From the IMG/VR virus record IMGVR_UViG_3300029478_000005: DNA of 43,754 nucleotides; one strand, written 5' to 3'. The notes under the pieces were generated by a model that saw nothing but the letters and a program-made list of their open reading frames with translations, ran no database searches and was not told the DNA's origin. The stretch is from a virus. The position numbers and the translations under genes are program-made. Shown piece after piece: positions 22,802 to 32,341 of the stretch (position 1 is its first letter; each line of letters starts with the position of its first letter).

Positions 22802-23683
22802 ATGAACTATGGCGGAGGACTGCCGAATACCATCAAAAAAACGTATCCGGCACCAATTATCAAAAAAAACAATGGGCAAGGCGCTGCGGGAGCAATGGGC
22901 CCACTGTACAACAATTTTGCAAAAGTGACCGGTGGCGGAACGCCGTTGCCGGTCCCAGCAAAAAGGAACACGACACCCAGCACCGGTGCTGGCGGCGGGT
23001 ATGTCGGCGGTGGTAGTTCTGGTGGCGGGAGCGCGGCGGCAAGCTACAGCGCACCGGCACAGAGCAACAACTACATGAACAGCTATATTAGCCAGATGCA
23101 GAGCGCGATGCAGGCCGCACAGCAGGCGGCGGCAGAAGCACAGAGCAGGGCAGAAGAGCAGATGCGCGCCGCGCAGGAGGCACAGCGCAGAGCGCGTGAG
23201 GAAGCCTACCAGCGCAGTGCTGCACAGCAGAAAGCCAACTATGAGTACGGGCAGGGCGAGTTGAACCGCGCCACGGAAAACGCCCTGCAGCAGGCGTATA
23301 TCAACAAGATGATGAGCGAGCGCAACCTTGCCCAACAGCTTGCGGCGCAGGGCCTGAACGGCGGTGCAAGCGAGACCACGACAGCCGGTATGCTGAACAA
23401 CTACAACAACAGCCGCAACGCGCTGGAAACCGAGCGGCAGAACCAGCTGGCAAGCCTTGAGAACACCTATCAGAACAACATGGCACAGCTGGAAAACCAG
23501 CGTGCCAGCGGCGATGCAGCGGATTTGAGCCAGTATCAGACGAACCTTGCGAACCTGACAGCAAACAATACGAACAATCTTGTCAGCCTGATGCAGGGTT
23601 ACGCAAACATGGCAGCCAACATGCCGCAGCTTCGCCAGAGATTCAACACGACCACCGGGCAGTGGGAGTACAGTTACGAGTAA
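22802..23683 (+). CDS. Gly-rich then Q/N/A-rich coiled-coil protein (293 aa), unknown; possibly virion-internal
   Basis: Low-complexity sequence. Composition resembles the N-terminus of the giant protein downstream. Confidence 0.45.
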   Translation: MNYGGGLPNTIKKTYPAPIIKKNNGQGAAGAMGPLYNNFAKVTGGGTPLPVPAKRNTTPSTGAGGGYVGGGSSGGGSAAASYSAPAQSNNYMNSYISQMQSAMQAAQQAAAEAQSRAEEQMRAAQEAQRRAREEAYQRSAAQQKANYEYGQGELNRATENALQQAYINKMMSERNLAQQLAAQGLNGGASETTTAGMLNNYNNSRNALETERQNQLASLENTYQNNMAQLENQRASGDAADLSQYQTNLANLTANNTNNLVSLMQGYANMAANMPQLRQRFNTTTGQWEYSYE

Positions 23684-23716
23684 TGTATTCAGGGTGAGTG
23701 AGCAGCTGGATCAAGT

Positions 23717-23836
23717 TTGCCCTCATCCGGCCCTGCGGGGCCACCTTCAGTCTACGCGCTAAGAGCCGCCTGCGGCGGTTGCGCTACGACACGCGCCTGC
23801 GGGCGCAGCCCCACAGGGGAAGGCTTTAGGGAATTT
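23717..23836 (+). repeat. Structured intergenic repeat, copy 2, with a 67-nt nested insertion
   Basis: Same left part as copy 1. Insertion 23749-23815 sits between CCTTC and GGGGAAGG and itself carries GCGCC-TGCG-GGCGC and CCGCC-TGC-GGCGG hairpins. Confidence 0.75.
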
Positions 23837-23850
23837 GGAGGTCTTGAGCT

Positions 23851-26800
23851 ATGGCGAAAGTGAATGGTCGTGAAGATGCGCTGCTGAATGCGTATTTGAA
23901 CCGATACCAGACGGCGCAGGCCAGCAATGTAAGCACTGGCCGCAGCACAACGAGGAAAGCACAGCAGCAGGGCAGTGCCATCATGAACGCCACTGACAAG
24001 ACGCTGCCTGTGCTGCATAACAGCTACACCGAGACGCTGAACAACATTGTGCAGGGTGCAAGCCTTGAAAACAGCCTGAACAACGATATCTTGAACCGGC
24101 AGATGAAACTGGCGCAGGCAAAGTTTGACGCGGCAAACGATTTGTACAAGCAGCAGCAAAAGGCGCAGCAGTATGCGGCGAAGAAAGCGGCGAAGGCTGC
24201 AAAATCCAGAGGGAAATCTTCCGGCAAGGGCGGCAGTACCACCGGCACGGGAAGCGACACGGAAAGTGCGGCATCGCTGGATGCGCTGTTTGGAGAAGAC
24301 AGTGCGGCAAGTACCGCCGACACGGCGAGAAATAAAGGCGGCAACTACGACCCAAAGCGTACAAATGCAGAGCGCAATGCCAGTGCCCGCGCCCGGTATG
24401 ACGACAGCAAACAGGAAAAATCCGACATCAAATACCGCGCTCAGCAGAAAGCAGAGCGAACTGCGCAGCTGCTTAAAGACAAGCAAACTGCCGCAAATGC
24501 CGGAGCCAATAAAGACAAGCCCATCGGGAACAGCTACGCAGAGCGCCAGAGCGCCGCACAGCCCGCCAAGAGCCGCGCTGTGACGCGGGGCGGAAAAGTT
24601 AGCGGCAGCAGTTACGCCGCCGCAGGAAGTGCCCCCAGCGCGGCAGAGACGCAGGCTGCAAAGGACAAGCGCAACGACTACAAGAGCCGACAGGAGGACA
24701 TTGCCGCTGCGCTGAAAAAGCTGCAAAGCGATGCTAATTACCGCGCCGAACTGGCTGCCCCGGGACGCAAGCTGACGAGCGCCGAAGTGGCGGCGGTAAA
24801 CCAGTACGAAAAAAGCACGAAGAACACAGGCTTCAGCGGCTTGAAGCGGGTGTTTGAGACTGCCGCAAACAAAGAGAGCCTGAGCCAAGAGGACTACGCA
24901 AAAAAGACGGCTGCCATGAATGCCGAGCTGAACCAGAACAGTGCTTTGCGCGGAAAAGCGCAGATGAACGGAGCCGGGCAGACTGCGCAAGCATTTACAG
25001 CCGGGTTGTATGACAGTGTGCCGTTTTTGACAAAGAGCGTGGATAAGCTGACGGACATTGCGAATGAGACCGGCGCCGAGCTGCCGCAGCTTAGCAATGC
25101 AATCGAGGGCGCAAAGAGCTATGACCCGCTGGCGGCGGCAGCAGGCACGCTTGTCGGCAAAGGGATGCAGTACAAACTGTTTAACACTGCTATGGCGGGC
25201 ACACCGCTTGCGCAGACTATGGGCAAGGCGGGCAATGCCGTTGTGGGGCAGGCACAGAAAATCCCTGTGTTGGGGGATATTTTTGGCGCGGGGGCCGGGG
25301 ATGCGCTGGGACGAATTTTGACCGACACGACAGCAGACCTTGCGCTGGACACTCTGCCGAGCCTTGTGAGCGATGTGAGCGAGGGAAAGAGCGCCGGAGA
25401 GATCGCGGGCAACACTGCGAAAAACATTGTAGCAAATGTGGCAATGAACGCGCTGCCGGAAGTCGGCGGGACGTTGCTCAACAGCCTGAAAGGCACGGCA
25501 GTGGATGCTGCACAGGACGCCTTGAAACAAGCTGACAATGCCGTGCAGGATGTGCAGAGTGTCGCATCGGCAAGAAACATTGTGCAGCCGGAAACCAACG
25601 GCACAACCGGGCTTGCCGCACAGATACAGCAGATGAACACGCCAGACGCAGCCAACCGCAGCGCATTGAATACGCTGGATGAACTGCGCGGACAGGTCAA
25701 CTTGAACGGCGCGCAGGAAAAAGAGGCTGAGCAGCTGCGCCGCGCCGTGTTGCAGCGCCAGCAGGAGATTGGCGATGAAGCTAAACTTGCGCTGAAAAAT
25801 ACGGACAGTTTGCCGATTGACGCCACGACTGATACAGGATATAATAATATAAATAACATTGGAGGTGTGACAAATGAAGCAGTACAAGGACGCAACCAAT
25901 ATGACGGAACAAGAAGCGAAGGAATACTGCAAGGAAGCAGTGATGGAACACCCCAATCTGGCCAACGACTTGCAGTGGGAGCTGAATCAGGGGAGTACCT
26001 ACCGGCAAATCGCGTATTGGTGGCAGAACACCTAAACCAGCGCCCCAGTGTATATAATGACAGCACCCGAGCTATTGCCGAGCAGGCAGGCGCGGGTGCT
26101 TTTGATTTCCGCAATTCGGATGACGCGCCGGAAACCTTTGCACAAGCCCTTGCAACGGCAAAAGCCAACAATGTAAATGGGGCTGCGGTTGATGGGCACA
26201 CCGCAGAGGAAATTTCCAACATTGTAAACAATGGCGGCAAAACATTTTTGGTGCCTGATGGCACCGCCGGCGGCGCAGTAGAAGCGAATGGTAATCTTAC
26301 TTGCGTTTTTAAAGATGCGGCCAATAACAGCACACCCGGTGCAGGTAGTTCCATTGCGCTTGCCGCCGTAAATAACGGCGCCACAAAAGGCGACTGCTAT
26401 GGGCGGGCGCTAGTCAACATGTACAGCAAGGCGGGGCTTGAACCTGTTGCTCGGATACCTTATGCTTATGGCTATAATGACGCTATGGACGCCCAAGTGC
26501 GCAAGCAGATTGCCGATGGGATTATCAACAAGGAACCTGATGTATACGCGCTAAAGTTGCGCGATGGATACGACTTTGAAAAGGCTGCTGCTGAATTTAA
26601 CACAGCGCATAGATACACACAAGCCGAATTGGACGCTTTGCCGGTATACGATGACTACGATGAAATGCTTGCTTACCGTGACAGCTTGCTGAAAGCGCCT
26701 TCGGCTGATGCCGGGGACGCTGCATTTTTGCATCCGACTGAGGCCGCGAGTGAGACTGTGCCGGGTTTGAACATTGTGGAGAATGCGCAGAGCGTGGCAA

Positions 26801-29800
26801 AGCTGAACGGTAGTGAGAGCGTGCCTGCACATGCTGTTGGCGCGGAAAGTACGCAGTATGACCGCCGCGAAGTTGTGAATCAGGACTACGCGAACCAGCG
26901 TGCGATGGGCGGCAAAATTGATGCGGACGAGGCCGCAGCAGCAGGTATTGGGCAACAGACTCATACCGTATACAGCAGGGCAGAAGGTAAGGATACTGCC
27001 AAACAGGATTTTGATTTGTTGGTACAGCAGAACGGCGATATTTTGAGCGCCGGGCGCACGGTTGCGGATGAATTAGCCCGAAAATCAGCTGACGGAAATT
27101 TTGATGCCAGCGACGTATATCGCGGTTATTATGCTGCCGACCAGCTGCAAAACATGATGAACAGCTACGAAAAAGGCAGCGCAGATGCACAGTTGGTGCA
27201 GGCGCAAATCGAAAACCTGAACCGCGCTGTCAGCGCCGGGCAGAGTAAAAATGCCCAAGCATTGAGCGCAGGGCGCTGGGCGCAAATTGACGAGTACACT
27301 CCCATTCGCAAGTTTGAACAAATCACGCAAAGAAAAGTAAATGATTTTGCGAAAACGCGAGACGGCAAGCAACTGGAATCTTTGGCATCAGATGTTGTAG
27401 AAATGGCGAAGTCCGGGCCGCAAGACGAAGAATTTACCGCTTTTTTGAAGGCACAGGGCGTTGATGTGGGAGATAATCCACTAAACGCACAGATAAATGA
27501 CCTTGCCAAACGCATTAAGAGAATGGCAGATACGAAAGGCATCAAGGCCACCGATGAGCAAGCAAAATCTGCGGCTGCCAACATTCTTGCCGGAGGCAAT
27601 GCAGACGATGTGTTTAATGCAATGGCGCGTAAAACTCTCGGCATTGAGAATTTAAGCCAGGAAGATTACGACTATGTAAAAAACGCATTTGCCGAAATGG
27701 CCGATATGCCTGACAGCAAAGCACGCTACGAAAAGGAAATGGATGCATATAAACGGCTTACCAAATACATGCCTGCCAAAACATTTGGCGACAAAATGGA
27801 AAGCATCCGCTATCTGTCCATGCTGGGAAATACCAGAACCCACGCAAGAAACGTGCTTGGCAACGTATCGATGGGCGTTGTAACCCGCGCCAAAGACAAT
27901 GTTTCCGGCGTGATGCAGCTTGCTTTGCCGAAAGACCAACGTACAAAAGCCGTCGGAACAACCCTTACAGCCGATGGCCGCAAGATGGTAGACCTTGCCA
28001 AAGAGTACGGGCAGAACAAAATGTATTCTGTTTTGTACAATGACGGTAAGTTCAATGCGGAAAGCGGGCTGCGTGCCGCGCAGGATACGTTTACAAGTAA
28101 GCCCGGGAAAGTAATCCAAAAGGCGGCTGACATCAACAGTGCATTGCTGGAAAAAGAGGATAATATTTTCCTTACTTCGGCGTTTGGCAATGCAATGGCA
28201 AGCCAGCTGAAAGCGCGTGGCTATGACAGCAGTGTTTTTACTGCAACCGACGCCAAGAGCAAGCAGGCACTTGTGGATGCTGCTGCAACAGCTTTACGCG
28301 ATGCAAAGGAAGCCACGTTCCACGAAGATAACTTTCTTTCCACTGCACTGAAAAATTATCAGAATGATATTAAAGGACACGGAGTCGGTGGGAAAATACT
28401 ATGGGCGGTTGGCGAAGGCGTTTTACCGTTCAAGAAAACCCCGCTGAACATTGCCAAAAATGCAATGGAATACAATATTGTAGGTGGCACAGTAGAAGCT
28501 GCTTATCGCTATGCCACAGGTGCAAGCAGCGCAGATGTAATTGACGCTGCTGCCAAAGGTCTGACTGGCACGGCATTGATGGGCATTGGCGGTATCCTTG
28601 CTTATAATGGACTGCTGAACGGCAGTAGGAGTGGAGATGATCGCGCCGATGCGTTTAATGAGATGACCGGCAAGCAGGAATATTCCATCAACATTCCCGG
28701 TAAAGGAACGTACACCATTGATTGGGCAAGCCCCGCAAGCGTACCGCTTTTGATGGGCGCCGAGATTGCCAATGAATGGCAGAACGGTGGCCTTAGTGTT
28801 ACAAAATTTCTTGACGCTGCGCGAAAAATTGGGAACCCGATTCTGGATACCACAATGCTGCAAGGGCTGAATGATACGCTGGACAGCGTGAGCTATGCAG
28901 ATTCCGACGATAAATTAGCAACGCTTCTCGGCGGGACGCTGAGCAGTTATGCACAGCAGTATGTTCCAACCGCGTTTGGTCAAATTGCCAGAACCATTGA
29001 CCCTATGCGCCGTTCCACTTATGGCGGCGGAGATAGCAAGACCGAAAGGAATACAAACTACGCAATCCGAAAAGCGGAGAACAAAATCCCCGGCTTGAGC
29101 ATGAATAACGAGCCGTACATTGACCAGTGGGGGCGTGAGGAAGCGAGTCTTGACGGGACGGACGATTCAGCGGAAGGGATGTTCCTGCGCGGTGCGTACA
29201 ACATGCTTAGCCCCGGTTATGTGAGCGCCGAGAACATTACCCCGGTTGACGAGTACCTGCAGGGGCTGTACGGCAGTACGAACGACAGCCATGTTTACCC
29301 GGAGAAGGCCAGCAGTAAAATCACCGTTGACAGCGATGACTACTACATGACCCCGGAGGAAAAGACCGAGTATGCCAAGACAAGCGGGCAAACAGCCTAT
29401 AACCTGATTGACGAGCTGCGGCAGAACAGTATGTTTTTGCAGTTGCCGGAAGACCAGCAGAGTGCGCTTGTGCAGGATGCCTACAAGGTAGCCAAGACCG
29501 CAGGCGGTGTGGCCGCTGTGGGTGACAGCGTGAGCGGTGTGAACGCGAAGGAGTACGAGGCATACCGGGACGGCGGTGCGGAAGGATTCAGCCAGTATGT
29601 GCTGATGAAGAACGCCACTGACCTTGCGCGTGATGAAAAGCGGGATACGAGCGGCAATGACGATGCGGCACTGAACACCGTGGAGACATGGAACACGCTC
29701 TATTCGCAGTTCGGTGATGATGCAGTAAGCAACTTTGTAGACAGCACCGACGATGACAGCACTGTGCACAACATCAGCGACCTTGCCGGAGACAAGGCTG

Positions 29801-30210
29801 TCACCGCCTACATGCAGGCTTATAGTGCTGTGGCAAAGACACTGGACGATGGGCAGACCCCGGACAAGTTTACAGTCGGTTACGGTATGCAGAAATACGG
29901 CCTGAGCGGAGACGACTTTGCAAGGGCGTATCTGGCAGCGTACTACAAGAAGGACAAGAACGGCAAGTACCCGGAAAAGGGCGGCACGTATGCCGATAAG
30001 GCCGGTGCAGAGATTTACCAGAGCTACGGCGCAGATGCGCTGCGCGACTGGGTAAACTACCGCGCTACCATTCCCGACACGAACGGCAACGGCAAAGTCG
30101 ATAAAGGCGAGGCTGTAGCGCGTTTGAAGGAAATGAACCTGACAAACGAGATGCGGCGCGCGTATCTGGCGAAAACTAACAAGCAGTGGGGCAAGAAAAA
30201 CCCGTTTTGA
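23851..30210 (+). CDS. Giant 2119-aa multidomain protein (polyvalent / ejected-virion-protein-like)
   Basis: GGAGG RBS and a single uninterrupted ORF. K/A/Q-rich N-terminus; Gly-rich hydrophobic segment; GNAT-like segment (aa ~778-873); conserved LSMLGNTRTHARNVLGN region; C-terminal EF-hand-like loop DTNGNGKVDKGE. Confidence 0.6.
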   Translation: MAKVNGREDALLNAYLNRYQTAQASNVSTGRSTTRKAQQQGSAIMNATDKTLPVLHNSYTETLNNIVQGASLENSLNNDILNRQMKLAQAKFDAANDLYKQQQKAQQYAAKKAAKAAKSRGKSSGKGGSTTGTGSDTESAASLDALFGEDSAASTADTARNKGGNYDPKRTNAERNASARARYDDSKQEKSDIKYRAQQKAERTAQLLKDKQTAANAGANKDKPIGNSYAERQSAAQPAKSRAVTRGGKVSGSSYAAAGSAPSAAETQAAKDKRNDYKSRQEDIAAALKKLQSDANYRAELAAPGRKLTSAEVAAVNQYEKSTKNTGFSGLKRVFETAANKESLSQEDYAKKTAAMNAELNQNSALRGKAQMNGAGQTAQAFTAGLYDSVPFLTKSVDKLTDIANETGAELPQLSNAIEGAKSYDPLAAAAGTLVGKGMQYKLFNTAMAGTPLAQTMGKAGNAVVGQAQKIPVLGDIFGAGAGDALGRILTDTTADLALDTLPSLVSDVSEGKSAGEIAGNTAKNIVANVAMNALPEVGGTLLNSLKGTAVDAAQDALKQADNAVQDVQSVASARNIVQPETNGTTGLAAQIQQMNTPDAANRSALNTLDELRGQVNLNGAQEKEAEQLRRAVLQRQQEIGDEAKLALKNTDSLPIDATTDTGYNNINNIGGVTNEAVQGRNQYDGTRSEGILQGSSDGTPQSGQRLAVGAESGEYLPANRVLVAEHLNQRPSVYNDSTRAIAEQAGAGAFDFRNSDDAPETFAQALATAKANNVNGAAVDGHTAEEISNIVNNGGKTFLVPDGTAGGAVEANGNLTCVFKDAANNSTPGAGSSIALAAVNNGATKGDCYGRALVNMYSKAGLEPVARIPYAYGYNDAMDAQVRKQIADGIINKEPDVYALKLRDGYDFEKAAAEFNTAHRYTQAELDALPVYDDYDEMLAYRDSLLKAPSADAGDAAFLHPTEAASETVPGLNIVENAQSVAKLNGSESVPAHAVGAESTQYDRREVVNQDYANQRAMGGKIDADEAAAAGIGQQTHTVYSRAEGKDTAKQDFDLLVQQNGDILSAGRTVADELARKSADGNFDASDVYRGYYAADQLQNMMNSYEKGSADAQLVQAQIENLNRAVSAGQSKNAQALSAGRWAQIDEYTPIRKFEQITQRKVNDFAKTRDGKQLESLASDVVEMAKSGPQDEEFTAFLKAQGVDVGDNPLNAQINDLAKRIKRMADTKGIKATDEQAKSAAANILAGGNADDVFNAMARKTLGIENLSQEDYDYVKNAFAEMADMPDSKARYEKEMDAYKRLTKYMPAKTFGDKMESIRYLSMLGNTRTHARNVLGNVSMGVVTRAKDNVSGVMQLALPKDQRTKAVGTTLTADGRKMVDLAKEYGQNKMYSVLYNDGKFNAESGLRAAQDTFTSKPGKVIQKAADINSALLEKEDNIFLTSAFGNAMASQLKARGYDSSVFTATDAKSKQALVDAAATALRDAKEATFHEDNFLSTALKNYQNDIKGHGVGGKILWAVGEGVLPFKKTPLNIAKNAMEYNIVGGTVEAAYRYATGASSADVIDAAAKGLTGTALMGIGGILAYNGLLNGSRSGDDRADAFNEMTGKQEYSINIPGKGTYTIDWASPASVPLLMGAEIANEWQNGGLSVTKFLDAARKIGNPILDTTMLQGLNDTLDSVSYADSDDKLATLLGGTLSSYAQQYVPTAFGQIARTIDPMRRSTYGGGDSKTERNTNYAIRKAENKIPGLSMNNEPYIDQWGREEASLDGTDDSAEGMFLRGAYNMLSPGYVSAENITPVDEYLQGLYGSTNDSHVYPEKASSKITVDSDDYYMTPEEKTEYAKTSGQTAYNLIDELRQNSMFLQLPEDQQSALVQDAYKVAKTAGGVAAVGDSVSGVNAKEYEAYRDGGAEGFSQYVLMKNATDLARDEKRDTSGNDDAALNTVETWNTLYSQFGDDAVSNFVDSTDDDSTVHNISDLAGDKAVTAYMQAYSAVAKTLDDGQTPDKFTVGYGMQKYGLSGDDFARAYLAAYYKKDKNGKYPEKGGTYADKAGAEIYQSYGADALRDWVNYRATIPDTNGNGKVDKGEAVARLKEMNLTNEMRRAYLAKTNKQWGKKNPF

Positions 30211-30218
30211 GGTGCTGT

Positions 30219-30407
30219 ATGAAGTTTGATTTTTGCATGAACCGGGCGGAGTATGACGAGCTTGTATTTAGCCTGACGGACGATGAGCGGGAAGTGCTGG
30301 ATATGCGGCGGCACGGGCGGCGCAATGCTGAGATCGCAGCCGAGATGAACTGCTGTGAGAGGACGGTAAACCGGCATGTGAGAAGCATTAAGAATAAGAT
30401 GCGGTGA
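30219..30407 (+). CDS. GerE/LuxR-type (sigma-70 region-4-like) HTH protein (62 aa)
   Basis: LTDDEREVLDMRRHGRRNAEIAAEMNCCERTVNRHVRSIKNKM. GAGGTG RBS. Confidence 0.7.
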   Translation: MKFDFCMNRAEYDELVFSLTDDEREVLDMRRHGRRNAEIAAEMNCCERTVNRHVRSIKNKMR

Positions 30408-30428
30408 GAGGGCTGTACAGGATAAGCC

Positions 30429-30475
30429 GCCCCTCATCCGCCGCTGCGGCGGCACCTTCCCCCGAGGGGGAAGGC
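30429..30475 (+). repeat. Structured intergenic repeat, copy 3
   Basis: CCCTCATCC + GCCGC-TGCG-GCGGC + A + CCTTCCCC-CGAG-GGGGAAGG. Hairpin 1 differs from copies 1 and 2 by two compensatory base-pair swaps. Confidence 0.8.
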
Positions 30476-30484
30476 AAAAGTATA

Positions 30485-30522
30485 GCGGGCAGTCACTTTT
30501 TGAGCGGCTGCCCGCTTTTTTT
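30485..30522 (+). terminator. Intrinsic terminator
   Basis: 8-bp stem GCGGGCAG/CTGCCCGC, 15-nt loop, T7. Confidence 0.7.
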
Positions 30523-30618
30523 GTTTTGGCGCAAAATTGACGTGATACTGTCGTGGGAATGGCCTACGGCGCGGGATGGATTGTAGTACAATGGAACCAG
30601 AAAGACGAGGTGAGCGGG

Positions 30619-30975
30619 ATGTACTGGAACAACTACGGTATGCAGACCCCATACAGTAACCCCTATGGGCAGACGATGCAGCAGGCGTTACAGCCGTGCA
30701 GCATCACGAAGGTGAGCGGCGAGAACGGCGCAAAGGCATTTGGAATGGCACCGAATTCCAGCGCACTGCTGCTGGACGAGACCGCGCCGCTGGTGTGGCT
30801 GAAAACAACAGATGGGGCAGGGTATCCCACTTTGACACCCTACACCATTACCCCGTACCAGGCCGCGCCGCCGGTGGACGTAAACAGCCTGGAAAACCGT
30901 GTGAAACGATTGGAGGAGATGCTCAATGACAAATCCGATTCTACAGGCAATGGGGAAAAGCGCAATGCCAAATAG
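30619..30975 (+). CDS. Hypothetical protein with Y/Q/P-rich N-terminus (118 aa)
   Basis: GAGGTG RBS before ATG 30619. MYWNNYGMQTPYSNPYGQTMQQ... Confidence 0.5.
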   Translation: MYWNNYGMQTPYSNPYGQTMQQALQPCSITKVSGENGAKAFGMAPNSSALLLDETAPLVWLKTTDGAGYPTLTPYTITPYQAAPPVDVNSLENRVKRLEEMLNDKSDSTGNGEKRNAK

Positions 30976-31138
30976 CCCGATGAACGTGGTGCAGCAGTTT
31001 ATGCAGTTCAAACAGCAGATGCAGGGGAAAGACCCGCAGAAAATCGTGGAGCAGATGCTTGCTGATGGGCAAATGAGCCAGCAGCAGTTTGAGCAGCTGA
31101 AACAGCAGGCGGAACAGTTCAAGGGCATATTTTACTGA
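30926..31138 (+). CDS. Small Q-rich helical protein (70 aa)
   Basis: GGAGGAG RBS. 50-nt overlap with the previous gene. Confidence 0.5.
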   Translation: MTNPILQAMGKSAMPNSPMNVVQQFMQFKQQMQGKDPQKIVEQMLADGQMSQQQFEQLKQQAEQFKGIFY

Positions 31139-31194
31139 TATAAGCCGGGTCGACACGGTTTATAAATACAAATCTTACGAAAGGATTGGATACT

Positions 31195-31821
31195 ATGGAC
31201 AATGGGTACTCTTTGAGCGACCTGCGCGCGGCGACTGGTGACGGCAACGGCTTCGGTGGAAACGGCGCATGGTGGATCGTGATTTTGTTCCTGTTCTGCT
31301 TCATGGGCGGCGGCTTCTGGGGCAACCGGCAGGGCGAGTTCGGCCAGTATGCCACCGCTGCCAGCCAGCAGGAAATTTTGTTCGGCCAGCACTTTGGGCA
31401 GCTCAACGACCGTTTGACCAATCTGGGCAACGGCGTCTGCAATCTCGGCTTCGAGATGCAGGGCGGCATTGGTCAGCTTGGCAAGGAAGTGGCGCTGGGC
31501 CAGAGCAATCTGAACCAGACCGTAATGCAGACCGGCAACAATATCCAGCAGCAGATTGCAAGTTGCTGCTGCGAGAACCGGCTTGCGACGGCAAACCTGT
31601 CCGCACAGATGGACCGCCAGACCTGCGACATCACGAATGCAATCCGCGCCGAAGGCGAGCAGACCCGCGCGCTGATGCAGGCCAACGAGATTCAGCAGCT
31701 GCGCGACAAGGTAAACGCCTTGCAGATGGACAACCGCATGTACGGCGTGGTGCGTTACCCCAACGGCTACACCTACACGGCAGGCCCTAGCCCGTTCTGT
31801 GGCTGCGGCGGCTGCGCATAA
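31195..31821 (+). CDS. Membrane protein: Gly-rich/hydrophobic N-terminus, coiled coil, Cys clusters (208 aa)
   Basis: GNGFGGNGAWWIVILFLFCFMGGGFWG (YjcZ-like flavour), CCCENR, C-terminal FCGCGGCA. Confidence 0.5.
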   Translation: MDNGYSLSDLRAATGDGNGFGGNGAWWIVILFLFCFMGGGFWGNRQGEFGQYATAASQQEILFGQHFGQLNDRLTNLGNGVCNLGFEMQGGIGQLGKEVALGQSNLNQTVMQTGNNIQQQIASCCCENRLATANLSAQMDRQTCDITNAIRAEGEQTRALMQANEIQQLRDKVNALQMDNRMYGVVRYPNGYTYTAGPSPFCGCGGCA

Positions 31822-31830
31822 TCGCTGTAA

Positions 31831-31870
31831 CAGCGCAAGCCCGCACGGCAAGCGCTGTGCGGGCTTTTTT
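31831..31870 (+). terminator. Intrinsic terminator
   Basis: Stem AGCCCGCAC/GTGCGGGCT extended by CAGCGC/GCGCTG, followed by T6. Confidence 0.7.
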
Positions 31871-31890
31871 GAGGAAAGGAGTAAAGTTTT

Positions 31891-32331
31891 ATGGCTTGCA
31901 ATGAAAGGCTGAAAAATCCCCATTTTAAGAGCGCACAGAACGCCTACAACAACACGGCACAGACGATGGCCGCGACTGCAACTCCCGTCAATGTACTGGG
32001 CATCCTGAACACAGATACCGGGTGCAGCATCGACACGAACGCGGGCGGATTTATCATCCGACACAGTGGGTTATACCGCATCAGCTATGACGTGACGTTT
32101 ACGGCGGGCGCTGCCGGCACGGAAGTGCTGCAAGGCCTGAAAGACACGGCAGCGCTGCCCTGCATGACGGCAAGCGCGACGGTGGCCGCGAACGAGGTTT
32201 CCACTTTCCATGCGGAAACTGTCGTGTACATCCCTGTATGCTGCGGCAGCACGCCGACGATCAGCGCCGTGCTGAGCGGCGTGGCCGGAACCGTGACCCA
32301 CGTCTGCGCCAGCGTTGTGAAGCTGGCATGA
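31891..32331 (+). CDS. C1q/TNF-like (BclA C-terminal-domain-like) jelly-roll protein (146 aa), putative
   Basis: GGFIIRHSGLYRISYDVTF pattern (F.I...G.Y.I.Y.V). AAGGAG RBS. Confidence 0.45.
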   Translation: MACNERLKNPHFKSAQNAYNNTAQTMAATATPVNVLGILNTDTGCSIDTNAGGFIIRHSGLYRISYDVTFTAGAAGTEVLQGLKDTAALPCMTASATVAANEVSTFHAETVVYIPVCCGSTPTISAVLSGVAGTVTHVCASVVKLA

Positions 32332-32341
32332 GGTGCGCGAG

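Noticed and set aside
23851-30210. Giant ORF as a tape measure protein
   Set aside because: It lies after the lysis cassette, with no tube or chaperone genes. It contains enzyme-like and Ca-binding segments rather than a uniform helical ruler. This is not fully excluded without profile searches.
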